64,000 nt of DNA from an uncultured Bacilli bacterium (lineage in GTDB: Bacteria; Bacillota_I; Bacilli_A; RF39; UBA660). The position numbers and the translations under genes are program-made. The notes beneath the pieces are model-generated. The model was not told where the DNA came from. It worked only from the letters and a program-made list of their open reading frames with translations, and searched no databases. The stretch lies in assembly GCA_947630575.1 (NCBI GenBank), contig CANRIB010000002.1, positions 30,725 through 94,724 of the forward strand, in the 5' to 3' direction. Numbering within the stretch: the stretch's first letter is position 1; each line of letters starts with the position of its first letter. Positions 28,693-37,880 of this stretch are shown here, piece by piece.

Positions 28693-28734
28693 AATACCAC
28701 CATTAAATAGTATAAATAAAAACCACCACTTTAT

Positions 28735-28838
28735 ACAAAACAAAAAGAACAGAGATAAACTCTATTCCCGTATTATGTTTGGGTAAAGGTAACCCTATTC
28801 TTGTCTATTAATAAAAAGGATAAGCATAATAGACAAGT
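28735..28838 (-). ncRNA. Conserved ~90-nt leader element, copy A. It has a conserved 5' core, a covarying hairpin and a GUUCUUUUUGUUUU tract, located upstream of 28294..28692. Candidate cis-regulatory RNA / attenuator.
   Basis: About 85% identical to 41714-41805. On the minus strand it ends in GAAUAGAG-UUUAU-CUCUGUUC plus a U-tract. A 11-bp perfect hairpin, CTTGTCTATTA-n17-TAATAGACAAG, lies at 28797-28834. Confidence 0.4.
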
Positions 28839-28851
28839 TTTTTATTTTAAG

Positions 28852-30699
28852 TTATTGGACTATGTAAGGGTTAGAACTTGTTCCTATATCTTCTCCATCA
28901 GTGAAGGTAAATGTTGTATCTGCCTTCAGATTTATTACTGGGCGCACACCAAAACTGTATGTTATTCCAGCAGCCCAAAGAGCTCCATTTTCTGAAACGG
29001 TTATCATATTAGCACCATAATGAGATGGAGACATGGTCCAATAAGTTTGATTTGTATATAACCAATAGCCATCATTATTAGCACCAAATCCTCCTGCATA
29101 CATTACTTCATCGGCGGATATTAGCCCTACTGGATATATCAAAGATTTATTTCCTGTAATTGCCTCTTTATTTGTGTAAAGATCATTTTTTTGTAAGCAA
29201 CTAAACATAGGCTGATGTTTTTGAAATACTCTTATATATCCTCCATAGTATGTTGTTGTTTTTTCTACTCCATAATTATTTTTATCAATTATAGAATTAG
29301 AAGTATATCCATCATATGGAGTTCTATCACCACAAAATCCTGCATTTATATCTAATTTAGATGTTAATTTTTTATCATCTATTGCTGTTTTATACCACAA
29401 ATCAATAATCTTTTTTATTTCACTATCATTAATATTGCTATGAGTATTATTATATCCTAATTCACTTTTAGGTTGATTTACATTTCCATACATATATCCT
29501 AAATAAGCATTATCTTCATATTTTGAATTAAATTCATAGGTTTCATTATTTAATTGTGTATTTACTCCCGAAAGTTTAGTTGTTGCTCCATTATAAATTA
29601 ATCTAATTGAACCATTACTATTGATTCGTATAATTCTCCAATATAAATCTGCAAATTTTATCCAATTATTCGTTACATTACCACGAAAATAATAGGTATC
29701 CCCTTCATTATCTTTTCCTTTACAAAGTAAGCCTTCTCCTTCATATTTTAAATTAATTGTTGGTTCTACTTCACTAGGACACCCTTCATCGATAGAATTG
29801 GATTTCAAATTTAGAGTTAATAATGTTTTATCTGCTGTTGGTTTAGAAAAATATAAATAACAAGCTGTTCCACTTTTACTCACATTTGATAATATTATCT
29901 CATTATTTTCTATTCTTACTTTTACTTCTTCATTATTACATTTTGTTTCTTCTTGATTTAATATATAATTATTATCAGGGATTTCTTCTACTTCTTCATA
30001 TTTGCCTTCTTCTGTTTCTTTGTAAAACGCTACTAAGTTTATATCGGCTTTAGTATTACTTATCTCTCCATATACTTTCCCTTCAAATTTATTTCCTATA
30101 TCTATACTTTGATTTCCATTATCTGGATATTCTACTATTATATAATAATATTTCTTTGCTCCTTCTTCTTTTGATGTTATAAATTCTGTATCAGTTATCT
30201 TTATTGTTTGTTCTTCTGTTAGTTTTGGTATCTCTCCTTCATTTATTGGTTCTCCTAATTCTTCTATGTTACTTGTACATACTTCATTTAATTGTTGGGC
30301 TCCATTTACTACTTTCTTTTTCTTTTCACAAGTTAATTCTATTTCTTTTTCTATATCTGATACATATACTTTATATTTTAAATTAGTATTTAAATTATTT
30401 GTTCCTACCCATGTTAAGTTATAGGCTATGAGTTCATTATTACCTGTTGCAGTTGCTGTTACTTTAGATAATGTTTGATGTCCTGGATATATATCTATAT
30501 CACCAAAATTTATATTACCACTTATATCTAATGTTGAACCATTTACAGTCGCGGTTCTTCCTTCCGTGGTTGCACCTGTTCCTTTAAAAATAGTTTTACC
30601 TACAAAGTATGCTAAAGATACTCCTATTCCTAATATTAATACACTTAACAATAATATTACTCTTTTATTCTTTTTCATATATCCATTTCCTTTACCCAT
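28852..30699 (-). CDS. Paralogous anchored secreted protein, copy 2 (615 aa).
   Basis: N-terminal signal-anchor (MKKNKRVILLLSVLILGIGVSLAYFVG) and an N-domain with Cys pair (KCNNEE...GTACYLYF). C-terminal family motifs: TYYFRGNVTNNWIKFADLYWRIIRINSNGSIRLIYNG, AGFCGDRTPYDGY, YYGGYIRV, YPVGLISADEVMYAGG, YWTMSPS and GVRPVINLKADT. The likely start is the ATG at 30678 (AAAGGAAA RBS). Confidence 0.75.
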   Translation of the reverse strand: MGKGNGYMKKNKRVILLLSVLILGIGVSLAYFVGKTIFKGTGATTEGRTATVNGSTLDISGNINFGDIDIYPGHQTLSKVTATATGNNELIAYNLTWVGTNNLNTNLKYKVYVSDIEKEIELTCEKKKKVVNGAQQLNEVCTSNIEELGEPINEGEIPKLTEEQTIKITDTEFITSKEEGAKKYYYIIVEYPDNGNQSIDIGNKFEGKVYGEISNTKADINLVAFYKETEEGKYEEVEEIPDNNYILNQEETKCNNEEVKVRIENNEIILSNVSKSGTACYLYFSKPTADKTLLTLNLKSNSIDEGCPSEVEPTINLKYEGEGLLCKGKDNEGDTYYFRGNVTNNWIKFADLYWRIIRINSNGSIRLIYNGATTKLSGVNTQLNNETYEFNSKYEDNAYLGYMYGNVNQPKSELGYNNTHSNINDSEIKKIIDLWYKTAIDDKKLTSKLDINAGFCGDRTPYDGYTSNSIIDKNNYGVEKTTTYYGGYIRVFQKHQPMFSCLQKNDLYTNKEAITGNKSLIYPVGLISADEVMYAGGFGANNDGYWLYTNQTYWTMSPSHYGANMITVSENGALWAAGITYSFGVRPVINLKADTTFTFTDGEDIGTSSNPYIVQ

Positions 30700-30704
30700 A
30701 TCAT

Positions 30705-30751
30705 TATAACATATTGTTATATCAATATTATTTTATAACAAACTGTTATAA
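30705..30751. promoter_or_regulatory. Two perfect palindromes, TATAACAtatTGTTATA (30705-30721) and TTATAACAaacTGTTATAA (30733-30751), in the divergent promoter region of cassette copy 2. They are candidate operators, distinct from those of copies 1 and 3.
   Basis: Read directly from the sequence; they lie between the paralog start (30678) and the XRE start (30805). Confidence 0.45.
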
Positions 30752-30804
30752 TTGTCAATGTGTAATTTTAATTTGTTTTAAAATATATAAAGAGGTAATT
30801 ACTT

Positions 30805-31056
30805 ATGTATGAAGATTTGAAGTTAGAAAGATTAAAAGGTTTAAGAGAAAATAAAGATTTAAAACAAGAAGAAATAGCTAGACTATTAAATATAACTCAA
30901 AGTGCTTATAGTTATTATGAAATGGGAAAAAGACAAATCCCCAGTGATGCTCTAATTAAACTAGCATTATTTTATAATACTTCTGTTGATTATCTTTTAG
31001 GTTTAACTGACGAAAGAAAACCTTACCCAAAAAGCTTTTTAACCAAAAATAAATAG
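30805..31056 (+). CDS. XRE-family HTH transcriptional regulator (single HTH), cassette copy 2.
   Basis: LKGLRENKDLKQEEIARLLNITQSAYSYYEMGKRQIP...LALFYNTSVDYLLGLTDE; RBS AAAGAGG. Confidence 0.75.
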   Translation: MYEDLKLERLKGLRENKDLKQEEIARLLNITQSAYSYYEMGKRQIPSDALIKLALFYNTSVDYLLGLTDERKPYPKSFLTKNK

Positions 31057-31077
31057 TGGTCATTATCACTATTTATT

Positions 31078-32169
31078 TTAAATTAATTTAATTAATATTT
31101 CGTTCATTACATAAAGCTTTTTAGGATTAATATATATTCTATTATCTTTATATATTAATTCTCCACTTTTAATTAAAGGTTTTAAAGGAAAAATATTTTG
31201 CATATTCTCTTCATATTTATCAAAAAATTCTGTTAAGCTTACGCCCTCCAACTTTCTTAATCCTAATATAAGCTCATTTTCCATATTATCAACTTTACTC
31301 ATTAAAGCTTTAGAACTAATAAAATTACCCTTTAAATATTCTGTCAAACTTTTAGTATTTTCATATCTAACCGCGGCCACATAACCACTAGCTCCACAAC
31401 CAAACCCATAATATTCTAAATTATTCCAATAAGTTAAATTATGTTTAGATTCTTTCCCTTTTTTCGCAAAATTAGATAATTCATAATGAATATATCCCGC
31501 TTTTTTTAAAGTCTTACAAATAGTTTCATACATTTTAGCATCTCTATCTTCTTCTATTGGTTTTATTTTATTTAATCCCACTAAAGTATTTTTTTCTATC
31601 ATTAAACTATAAGTACTAATATGTTCTGGTTTTAACTTTAAAATCAATTGCAAATCTTTTTGTAATACTTTATTATTTTCTCCTGGAATTGCATACATTA
31701 AATCAACATTAATATTTTTAAATCCTATTTTTCTAGCCAAATCTATTCTTCTTTTAGCATCTTTAAAATCTGCAGTTCTGTTCATAAACTTTAACTTATC
31801 ACTATTAAAAGATTCTATTCCCACACTAAGTCTATTAACTCCATTTTCATATAATAATTGCAGTTTTTCTTCTTCTAAATCATTAATATTTGCTTCCATA
31901 GTAAATTCTATATCTTTACTTTTTTTAAACTTCTGAATTATTTTAAAGAATTCTTCCAATTCATTAATATTTAAACAAGTAGGAGTTCCTCCCCCAACAT
32001 ATAAAGTTTTTAATTCTTCTCCCATATAAGCATTATCTATTTCTTCTTCTAATCTTTTAAAATATGGTTTAATCCAATCATCATTATAAACCACTTTACA
32101 AAAATCACAATAAGAACAAATACTATTACAAAAAGGAATATGAATATAAACCGCTCTTATCTTGTCCAT
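31078..32169 (-). CDS. hemW: Radical SAM heme chaperone HemW (coproporphyrinogen III oxidase-like).
   Basis: CNSICSYCDFC (CxxxCxxC) near the N-terminus; 363 aa; downstream of lepA as is typical in Firmicutes. Confidence 0.85.
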   Translation of the reverse strand: MDKIRAVYIHIPFCNSICSYCDFCKVVYNDDWIKPYFKRLEEEIDNAYMGEELKTLYVGGGTPTCLNINELEEFFKIIQKFKKSKDIEFTMEANINDLEEEKLQLLYENGVNRLSVGIESFNSDKLKFMNRTADFKDAKRRIDLARKIGFKNINVDLMYAIPGENNKVLQKDLQLILKLKPEHISTYSLMIEKNTLVGLNKIKPIEEDRDAKMYETICKTLKKAGYIHYELSNFAKKGKESKHNLTYWNNLEYYGFGCGASGYVAAVRYENTKSLTEYLKGNFISSKALMSKVDNMENELILGLRKLEGVSLTEFFDKYEENMQNIFPLKPLIKSGELIYKDNRIYINPKKLYVMNEILIKLI

Positions 32170-32597
32170 GGTTTATCCTCAACTTCAGGATGATCATATA
32201 TTATTTTTATTTCTTTCAATGTTTCTTCATCCGCTACTCTCTTTATTGCTTTAGCAACTGTTGTATGACTACAATTATATTGTTTTGCAATAGTTCTTAA
32301 AGGCATCCTATTAGTTAAAATTTGATTAATAATTTGATAAACATCTGCATCACTTAAAACTTGTCTTCGCTTACTTTTAGCTCCCGCACTTTTTCTAGCC
32401 TCTAACTTTAACTTTTCTAATGTCAAAGTAATTTTTTCTGCTAAACTTTTATTATAAAAATTACTATCCTGATTCATAATAACATCTAAATAATTATATA
32501 TAGCTTTCCTAGATTTATTAAAATATAAAGCTGTTTCAGTTATATTATGTCCACTTAATATATAACTTGCAATCGTCATTACATAAGTTATATCCAT
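32157..32597 (-). CDS. Small HTH-containing protein of unknown function, wedged between lepA and hemW.
   Basis: 146 aa; C-terminal HTH-like segment MPLRTIAKQYNCSHTTVAKAIKRV; the start overlaps the lepA stop and the stop overlaps the hemW start. Confidence 0.5.
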   Translation of the reverse strand: MDITYVMTIASYILSGHNITETALYFNKSRKAIYNYLDVIMNQDSNFYNKSLAEKITLTLEKLKLEARKSAGAKSKRRQVLSDADVYQIINQILTNRMPLRTIAKQYNCSHTTVAKAIKRVADEETLKEIKIIYDHPEVEDKPWTR

Positions 32598-34408
32598 TAC
32601 TCTTCCTCCCCACTTAATATTGCTAAAAAAACATCACTTGGAACTTCTACAGAACCAATAGTTTTCATTTTTTTCTTTCCTTCTTTTTGTTTTTCTAATA
32701 ACTTTCTTTTACGAGAAACATCTCCCCCATAACATTTAGCTAAAACGTTTTTACGCATCGCACTAATATTCTCTCGCGCAATTACTTTTGAGCCTATACT
32801 TGCCTGAATTGGAAGTTCAAACATCTGCCTTGGAATTAATTCTTTTAATTTTTTAACAATTGCTCGACCTCTAACATACGCAAAATCTTTATGTACCACC
32901 ACTGATAAAGCATCAACTGGTTTTCCATTTAATAAAATATCCATCTTTACTAAATTAGATTCATTATACCCACAAACTTCATAATCAAATGAAGCATAAC
33001 CTTTAGTATAACTTTTAAGCTTATCAAAAAAATCATAAACAATTTCTGACAAAGGTATTTCATAATGAATATTAACTCTTGTTGCATCTATATATTCCAT
33101 CGATTTATATATTCCTCTTTTATCTTGACATAACTCCATAATCGGACCAATATATTCACTAGGAACAATTATATTCGTATATATAAACGGTTCTTTAATT
33201 ACCTTTATTATTGAACGTTCTGGCATTTTATTAGGACTATCTATTTTTAATACTTCCCCATTAGTTAATGTTACTTCATAAATTACAGAAGGAGAAGTAG
33301 CAATAATATCAATATTAAATTCTCTTTCTATTCTAGTCATTATAACATCCATATGAAGTAATCCCAAAAATCCTGTTCGAAATCCAAAACCTAATGCATC
33401 TGATGTTTCAGCTTCAAAACTTAAAGCCGCATCATTAAGTTTAAGTTTATTAAGAGCTTCTTTTAAATCTTCAAATTTATTTGGTTCCACTGGAAATAAC
33501 CCTGAATAGACCATTGGCTTCATTGGTTGATAGCCTTTTATTGGTTCATCTGCAGGATTATTACTTAAAGTTATGGTATCCCCCACTTGCACTTTTTCAA
33601 TATCTTTAATACTTGCACAAACCCAACCAACTTCACCTGCTTTTAATTCTTCTTTTTTTAACTCTTTAGGGGTATTAACTCCTAATTCGACAATTTCAAA
33701 ATCAGCCCCTGATGCCATCATCTTAATTTTATCTTTAACTTTTAATGTTCCACTTTCAATCTTAACTAAAGCAATTACTCCGCGATAAGCATCATATCTA
33801 CTATCAAATATTAAAGCTCTAGTTTTATCAGTTTGAGGAATAATGGGTGCTGGTACTCTTTTAATAATTTCTTCTATTAACTCTGGTACTCCTTCTCCCG
33901 TTTTACCACTGCAAAGAATTACTTCTTCCTCTTTAAAACCAAACACATTTTTAAGTTCTTCTAAAACTCTTGGAATATCAGCATTAGGTAAATCTATTTT
34001 ATTAATAACCGGTATAATTTTTAAATCATTATTTAAAGCCAAATATAAATTAGCAATAGTTTGAGCTTCTATTCCCTGAGCAGCATCTACAACTAATATT
34101 GCACCTTCACACGCCGCCAAACTTCTCGATACTTCATAAGAAAAATCAACATGACCAGGAGTATCTATTAAATTTAAAACAAATTCTTCTCCTTTATAAG
34201 TTGTATGTAATTCAACTGCATTAAGTTTAATTGTAATACCCCGTTCTCTTTCCAAGTCCATGCTATCTAAAATTTGTTCTTTCATCTCTCTTTTATCAAT
34301 CGCATGAGTATATTCTAAAATTCTATCAGCAAGTGTACTCTTACCATGATCTATATGAGCTATAATTGAAAAATTTCGTATATTTTCTGCCTTCATAATA
34401 AACACCAA
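32597..34408 (-). CDS. lepA: Translation elongation factor 4 (LepA).
   Basis: [21 protein letters not shown]1 motif, [12 protein letters not shown] and the LepA C-terminal domain. The likely start is the ATG at 34396. Confidence 0.95.
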   Translation of the reverse strand: MVFIMKAENIRNFSIIAHIDHGKSTLADRILEYTHAIDKREMKEQILDSMDLERERGITIKLNAVELHTTYKGEEFVLNLIDTPGHVDFSYEVSRSLAACEGAILVVDAAQGIEAQTIANLYLALNNDLKIIPVINKIDLPNADIPRVLEELKNVFGFKEEEVILCSGKTGEGVPELIEEIIKRVPAPIIPQTDKTRALIFDSRYDAYRGVIALVKIESGTLKVKDKIKMMASGADFEIVELGVNTPKELKKEELKAGEVGWVCASIKDIEKVQVGDTITLSNNPADEPIKGYQPMKPMVYSGLFPVEPNKFEDLKEALNKLKLNDAALSFEAETSDALGFGFRTGFLGLLHMDVIMTRIEREFNIDIIATSPSVIYEVTLTNGEVLKIDSPNKMPERSIIKVIKEPFIYTNIIVPSEYIGPIMELCQDKRGIYKSMEYIDATRVNIHYEIPLSEIVYDFFDKLKSYTKGYASFDYEVCGYNESNLVKMDILLNGKPVDALSVVVHKDFAYVRGRAIVKKLKELIPRQMFELPIQASIGSKVIARENISAMRKNVLAKCYGGDVSRKRKLLEKQKEGKKKMKTIGSVEVPSDVFLAILSGEEE

Positions 34409-34472
34409 TAATATTATACCTTAAAAAAACAAAAGATTAAAGTAAAACTTCAAGCAAATAAAAAGAAAATCA

Positions 34473-34925
34473 TTACAAAGAATCTTTTAAATCATATCCT
34501 AATTTTTCTAACTCCATAATCGCTATCATAGATAAATTATCTTTTGTTAATTTTTCTATTTCAAAAAATTCAGCCCCCAAAGAATCATCATTTATTTCAT
34601 TAATTTCCATTTCTCTTTTTATTTCATTATTAAAATCTATTACTTTATAAAATACTCCTGTATGATGTACTTTTATCATTTCTTCTTTCCAAAACCACTC
34701 AAAAAGAACCGAATCAACATCAAATAATTCTGCATTAATAACCTCAATTCCAACTTCTTCTTGCATTTCTCTTTTTAGTGCCTCTATCGGTCTTTCACCA
34801 AATTCAATTGTTCCGCCTGGTAAATCTAATTTTCCATCATAAGGTCCACCATTTTTATGAATCAACAAAATTTTATTATCTTTTAGTACTAAACCATAAG
34901 CACCTAATTGTTCAAATCTTTTCAT
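34473..34925 (-). CDS. NUDIX hydrolase.
   Basis: Nudix box GGTIEFGERPIEALKREMQEEVGI. Confidence 0.8.
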   Translation of the reverse strand: MKRFEQLGAYGLVLKDNKILLIHKNGGPYDGKLDLPGGTIEFGERPIEALKREMQEEVGIEVINAELFDVDSVLFEWFWKEEMIKVHHTGVFYKVIDFNNEIKREMEINEINDDSLGAEFFEIEKLTKDNLSMIAIMELEKLGYDLKDSL

Positions 34926-35037
34926 AATTATATACTAACAAATTTATTATATTTTGTCATTACTAATTTTTTAATTTTTATTTAATAAAAAAATAAAGAC
35001 CATTAACAAAAATTTTTGTTAAAAGTCTAAATTGAAA

Positions 35038-35895
35038 TTAATTATTTTGGATTTCTTTTAATTCTTCTATAGATAAGCCTGTTATTTCTTGAATATCTTT
35101 AATATCCATATTATGTTTAAACATATTTTTGGCTATATCAATAGCTTTCTCTTGAGCACCTTGTTCTATACCTTTTCTGATTCCTTTTTTCTCAGCAATA
35201 TAATTAGCCCACTCTCCAAATATCTTCTTTGTCTGTTCATCATTTACATAATCTTGGCACCAAGTATCTAGTTCCATTAATAACTCATCTCCTTTGGCTA
35301 TTTCTCTTCTCTCTTCTAAACTTCTAGCCCCTATAAATCTTAACCATCTTTGTTGTATGTTATTTTTATCATATACCATCTCTCTTGCTCTGTCAAGTCT
35401 TAAACATTTTATCTCAAACATATTTGATAGTATTTCTTGTTTATTATTCCTACTTGTCAAAACAATTTCATTTTCCATTATGTTCTCTATTAAATCTTTT
35501 GGTGTTACATCATCTACTATATTTATTTGGATAACACTTTCTAAGGTATTATAATCTTTCCCTCTATCTAATTGAGTTGAAAATATCCTCATGATATAAC
35601 TTATTGATTTATTTAATGAATCTTTATCAAATGTTGAATATGCTTCTAAATTTATTATATATTTATCAAACTTTATTATTACATCTCCTCTTAAGTTTTT
35701 ATCATTTCTTTTACTTTTGGTTAATATACTTTCATATTCTACTTTTATATTTGTTCTTTCTAAATACTCTTTATTAAATTCTGTAAAACATGATAAGAAA
35801 TATATTAATTTATCTCTATTATCGGGATGGGCAAATGTTTCTTTAAACATTAAATCATCACTTAAACTTAAGAATTCTTGTTCTTTTGTTATCAT
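35038..35895 (-). CDS. Rpn-family recombination-promoting nuclease / putative transposase (YhgA-like, PD-(D/E)XK).
   Basis: The N-terminal pattern SDDLMFKETFAHPDNRDKLIYFL is typical of Rpn/YhgA-like (Transposase_31) proteins. Confidence 0.6.
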   Translation of the reverse strand: MITKEQEFLSLSDDLMFKETFAHPDNRDKLIYFLSCFTEFNKEYLERTNIKVEYESILTKSKRNDKNLRGDVIIKFDKYIINLEAYSTFDKDSLNKSISYIMRIFSTQLDRGKDYNTLESVIQINIVDDVTPKDLIENIMENEIVLTSRNNKQEILSNMFEIKCLRLDRAREMVYDKNNIQQRWLRFIGARSLEERREIAKGDELLMELDTWCQDYVNDEQTKKIFGEWANYIAEKKGIRKGIEQGAQEKAIDIAKNMFKHNMDIKDIQEITGLSIEELKEIQNN

Positions 35896-35987
35896 AATTT
35901 ATTTCACCTCCTTTTGGTTACAACTAGCATCATAACATAAAGAAAGTGAAATATTTGTCGTTCTATGTCTTAAATATTTGTTTTTGG

Positions 35988-36048
35988 TCCTAAATTTAAA
36001 AAAAAGTAGACTAATTCTTTTTAAATCTGTCTACTTTTTTATATAACT
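35988..36048. terminator. Bidirectional terminator-like hairpin AGTAGAC-n17-GTCTACT flanked by A- and T-runs.
   Basis: aaaaaaaagtagactaattctttttaaatctgtctactttttt, immediately 3' of the minus-strand ABC transporter gene. Confidence 0.45.
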
Positions 36049-36074
36049 TCAAAAATAATACTTTTTTAATAATT

Positions 36075-37880
36075 CTATTTTTCAAACTGTGAATTATATA
36101 TTTGTGCATAAAAGCCATTTTTATCTAATAATTCTTCATGCTTACCAACTTCCACAATATCTCCTTCATTCATAACTAATATCAAATCAGCATTTTTAAT
36201 TGTTGAAAGTCTATGAGCAATAATAAATGATGTTCTGCCTTCCATAACTTTATCCATAGCTTTCTGGATTAATTCTTCTGTTCTCGTATCTACATTACTT
36301 GTTGCCTCATCAAGTATTAAAACTTTTGGATTAGCAAGAATTGCTCTAGCAATTGTAAGTAATTGCTTTTGTCCTCCACTTATATTACTAGTTTCTTCAT
36401 TTAACATCATATTATAACCATCCGGTAATGTTCTAATAAAATAATCTGCACTAGCAAGTTTAGCCGCTTTAACCACTTCTTCATCAGTTGCCTCTAAATT
36501 TCCATAACGAAGATTTTCCATAATCGTTCCATTAAAGAGCCAAGTATCCTGTAAAACCATCGCAAACACACTTTCAAGTTCACTTCTCTTATAATCTTTT
36601 ATATTCTTACCATCAAGTAATATTTCTCCTGAATTAAGCTCATAAAAACGCATTAATAATTTAACTATTGTAGTTTTACCAGCACCAGTTGGTCCCACTA
36701 TAGCTATTTTTTCTCCTTTATTTACTTTGGCATTAAAGTTTTTAATAATAATTTTATCTTTATCATATCCAAATTTAACATTTTTAAATTCTACATTTCC
36801 TTCTACATTTTTACTTAATAAAACTCCATCATCAATAAAATTATCATTATCTAAGAAATTAAATACTCTTTCACTCGCCGCAATCATTGATTGAATTTGA
36901 TTAGATATTTGAGCTAGCTGAGATATAGGATTCGTAAATTGTTTTGAATACTGAATAAAACTTTGAATATTACCAACTGTTATCTTCCCTTTAATCGCAT
37001 AAATAGAACCAATAATTGCAATAACTGCATAATTCAAATTACCCACAAAATTCATAATTGGTGGCATTAATCCTGACAAAAAACCTGCTTTAAATCCTGC
37101 TTCATATAACTTACCATTATCTTCATTAAATTTATCTAACACTTTATCTTCTGCATTAAAAGCTTTAATAACTGTATAGCCACCAATCATTTCTTCAACT
37201 TCTGCATCTACCTCAGCTAAATACTTCTGTTGATTAGAGAAATATTTCTGACTCTTTTTTACTATAAATAACACAAAAAATGAAGCAACAGGAAGTACTA
37301 AAGCCGTAATAATAGCTAATGTCACATTAATAGTACACATCATTATAAATATTCCAATAACTGTTACTATTGAAGTAACAAACTGAGTTAATGAATTATT
37401 TAAACTTAATTGTAAAGTATCTATATCATTTGTAATAATTGATAAAGTATCTCCTACACTTTCTTTATCAAAATATTCCATTGGTAATTTATTTAACTTT
37501 TGGGATACTTCTTTTCTTAATTTATAACTAGTTCTTTGTGATACCCCTGTCATAATTAAACTTTGTATATAACTAAATAAAGCACTTACACCATATAACA
37601 CAACTAAACATAATAATATTTTTTTAATATTCTGAAAATTAATACCCCCAGTCCCATTTAATTTAGCAATAACTCCAGAATATATCTCTGTTGTAGCATT
37701 ACCTAAAATCTTTGGTGATACAATTGCAAAAACAGTACTTCCAATTGCAAACATAAAAGATAAAATAATTAAACCTTTATAAGCTGAAATTCTTTTAAAT
37801 AATTTTTTTAAATTACCTTTAAAATCTTTAGGTTTATCTACTGCTCCCGGTCCTCTTCGAGGCATATTTCTTCTTGCCAT
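36075..37880 (-). CDS. ABC transporter permease/ATP-binding protein, heterodimeric exporter subunit.
   Basis: Six-TM domain plus NBD: Walker A GPTGAGKTT, signature ISGGQKQ, Walker B LILDEATS. Confidence 0.9.
   Translation of the reverse strand: MARRNMPRRGPGAVDKPKDFKGNLKKLFKRISAYKGLIILSFMFAIGSTVFAIVSPKILGNATTEIYSGVIAKLNGTGGINFQNIKKILLCLVVLYGVSALFSYIQSLIMTGVSQRTSYKLRKEVSQKLNKLPMEYFDKESVGDTLSIITNDIDTLQLSLNNSLTQFVTSIVTVIGIFIMMCTINVTLAIITALVLPVASFFVLFIVKKSQKYFSNQQKYLAEVDAEVEEMIGGYTVIKAFNAEDKVLDKFNEDNGKLYEAGFKAGFLSGLMPPIMNFVGNLNYAVIAIIGSIYAIKGKITVGNIQSFIQYSKQFTNPISQLAQISNQIQSMIAASERVFNFLDNDNFIDDGVLLSKNVEGNVEFKNVKFGYDKDKIIIKNFNAKVNKGEKIAIVGPTGAGKTTIVKLLMRFYELNSGEILLDGKNIKDYKRSELESVFAMVLQDTWLFNGTIMENLRYGNLEATDEEVVKAAKLASADYFIRTLPDGYNMMLNEETSNISGGQKQLLTIARAILANPKVLILDEATSNVDTRTEELIQKAMDKVMEGRTSFIIAHRLSTIKNADLILVMNEGDIVEVGKHEELLDKNGFYAQIYNSQFEK

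Noticed and set aside
28801-28995. Track ORF 28801..28995 (+), 64 aa.
   Set aside because: It overlaps the 3' end of paralog copy 2 on the opposite strand and begins inside the terminator hairpin; it has no RBS.
30204-30812. Track ORFs 30204..30386 and 30609..30812 (+).
   Set aside because: Both are antisense to paralog copy 2 or its promoter region and have Leu/Ile-rich low-complexity translations.
33573-34064. Track ORFs 33573..33788 and 33843..34064 (+).
   Set aside because: They are antisense within lepA, whose frame is unambiguous.
35089-35935. Track ORFs 35089..35271, 35294..35554 and 35717..35935 (+).
   Set aside because: They are antisense within the Rpn-family gene.
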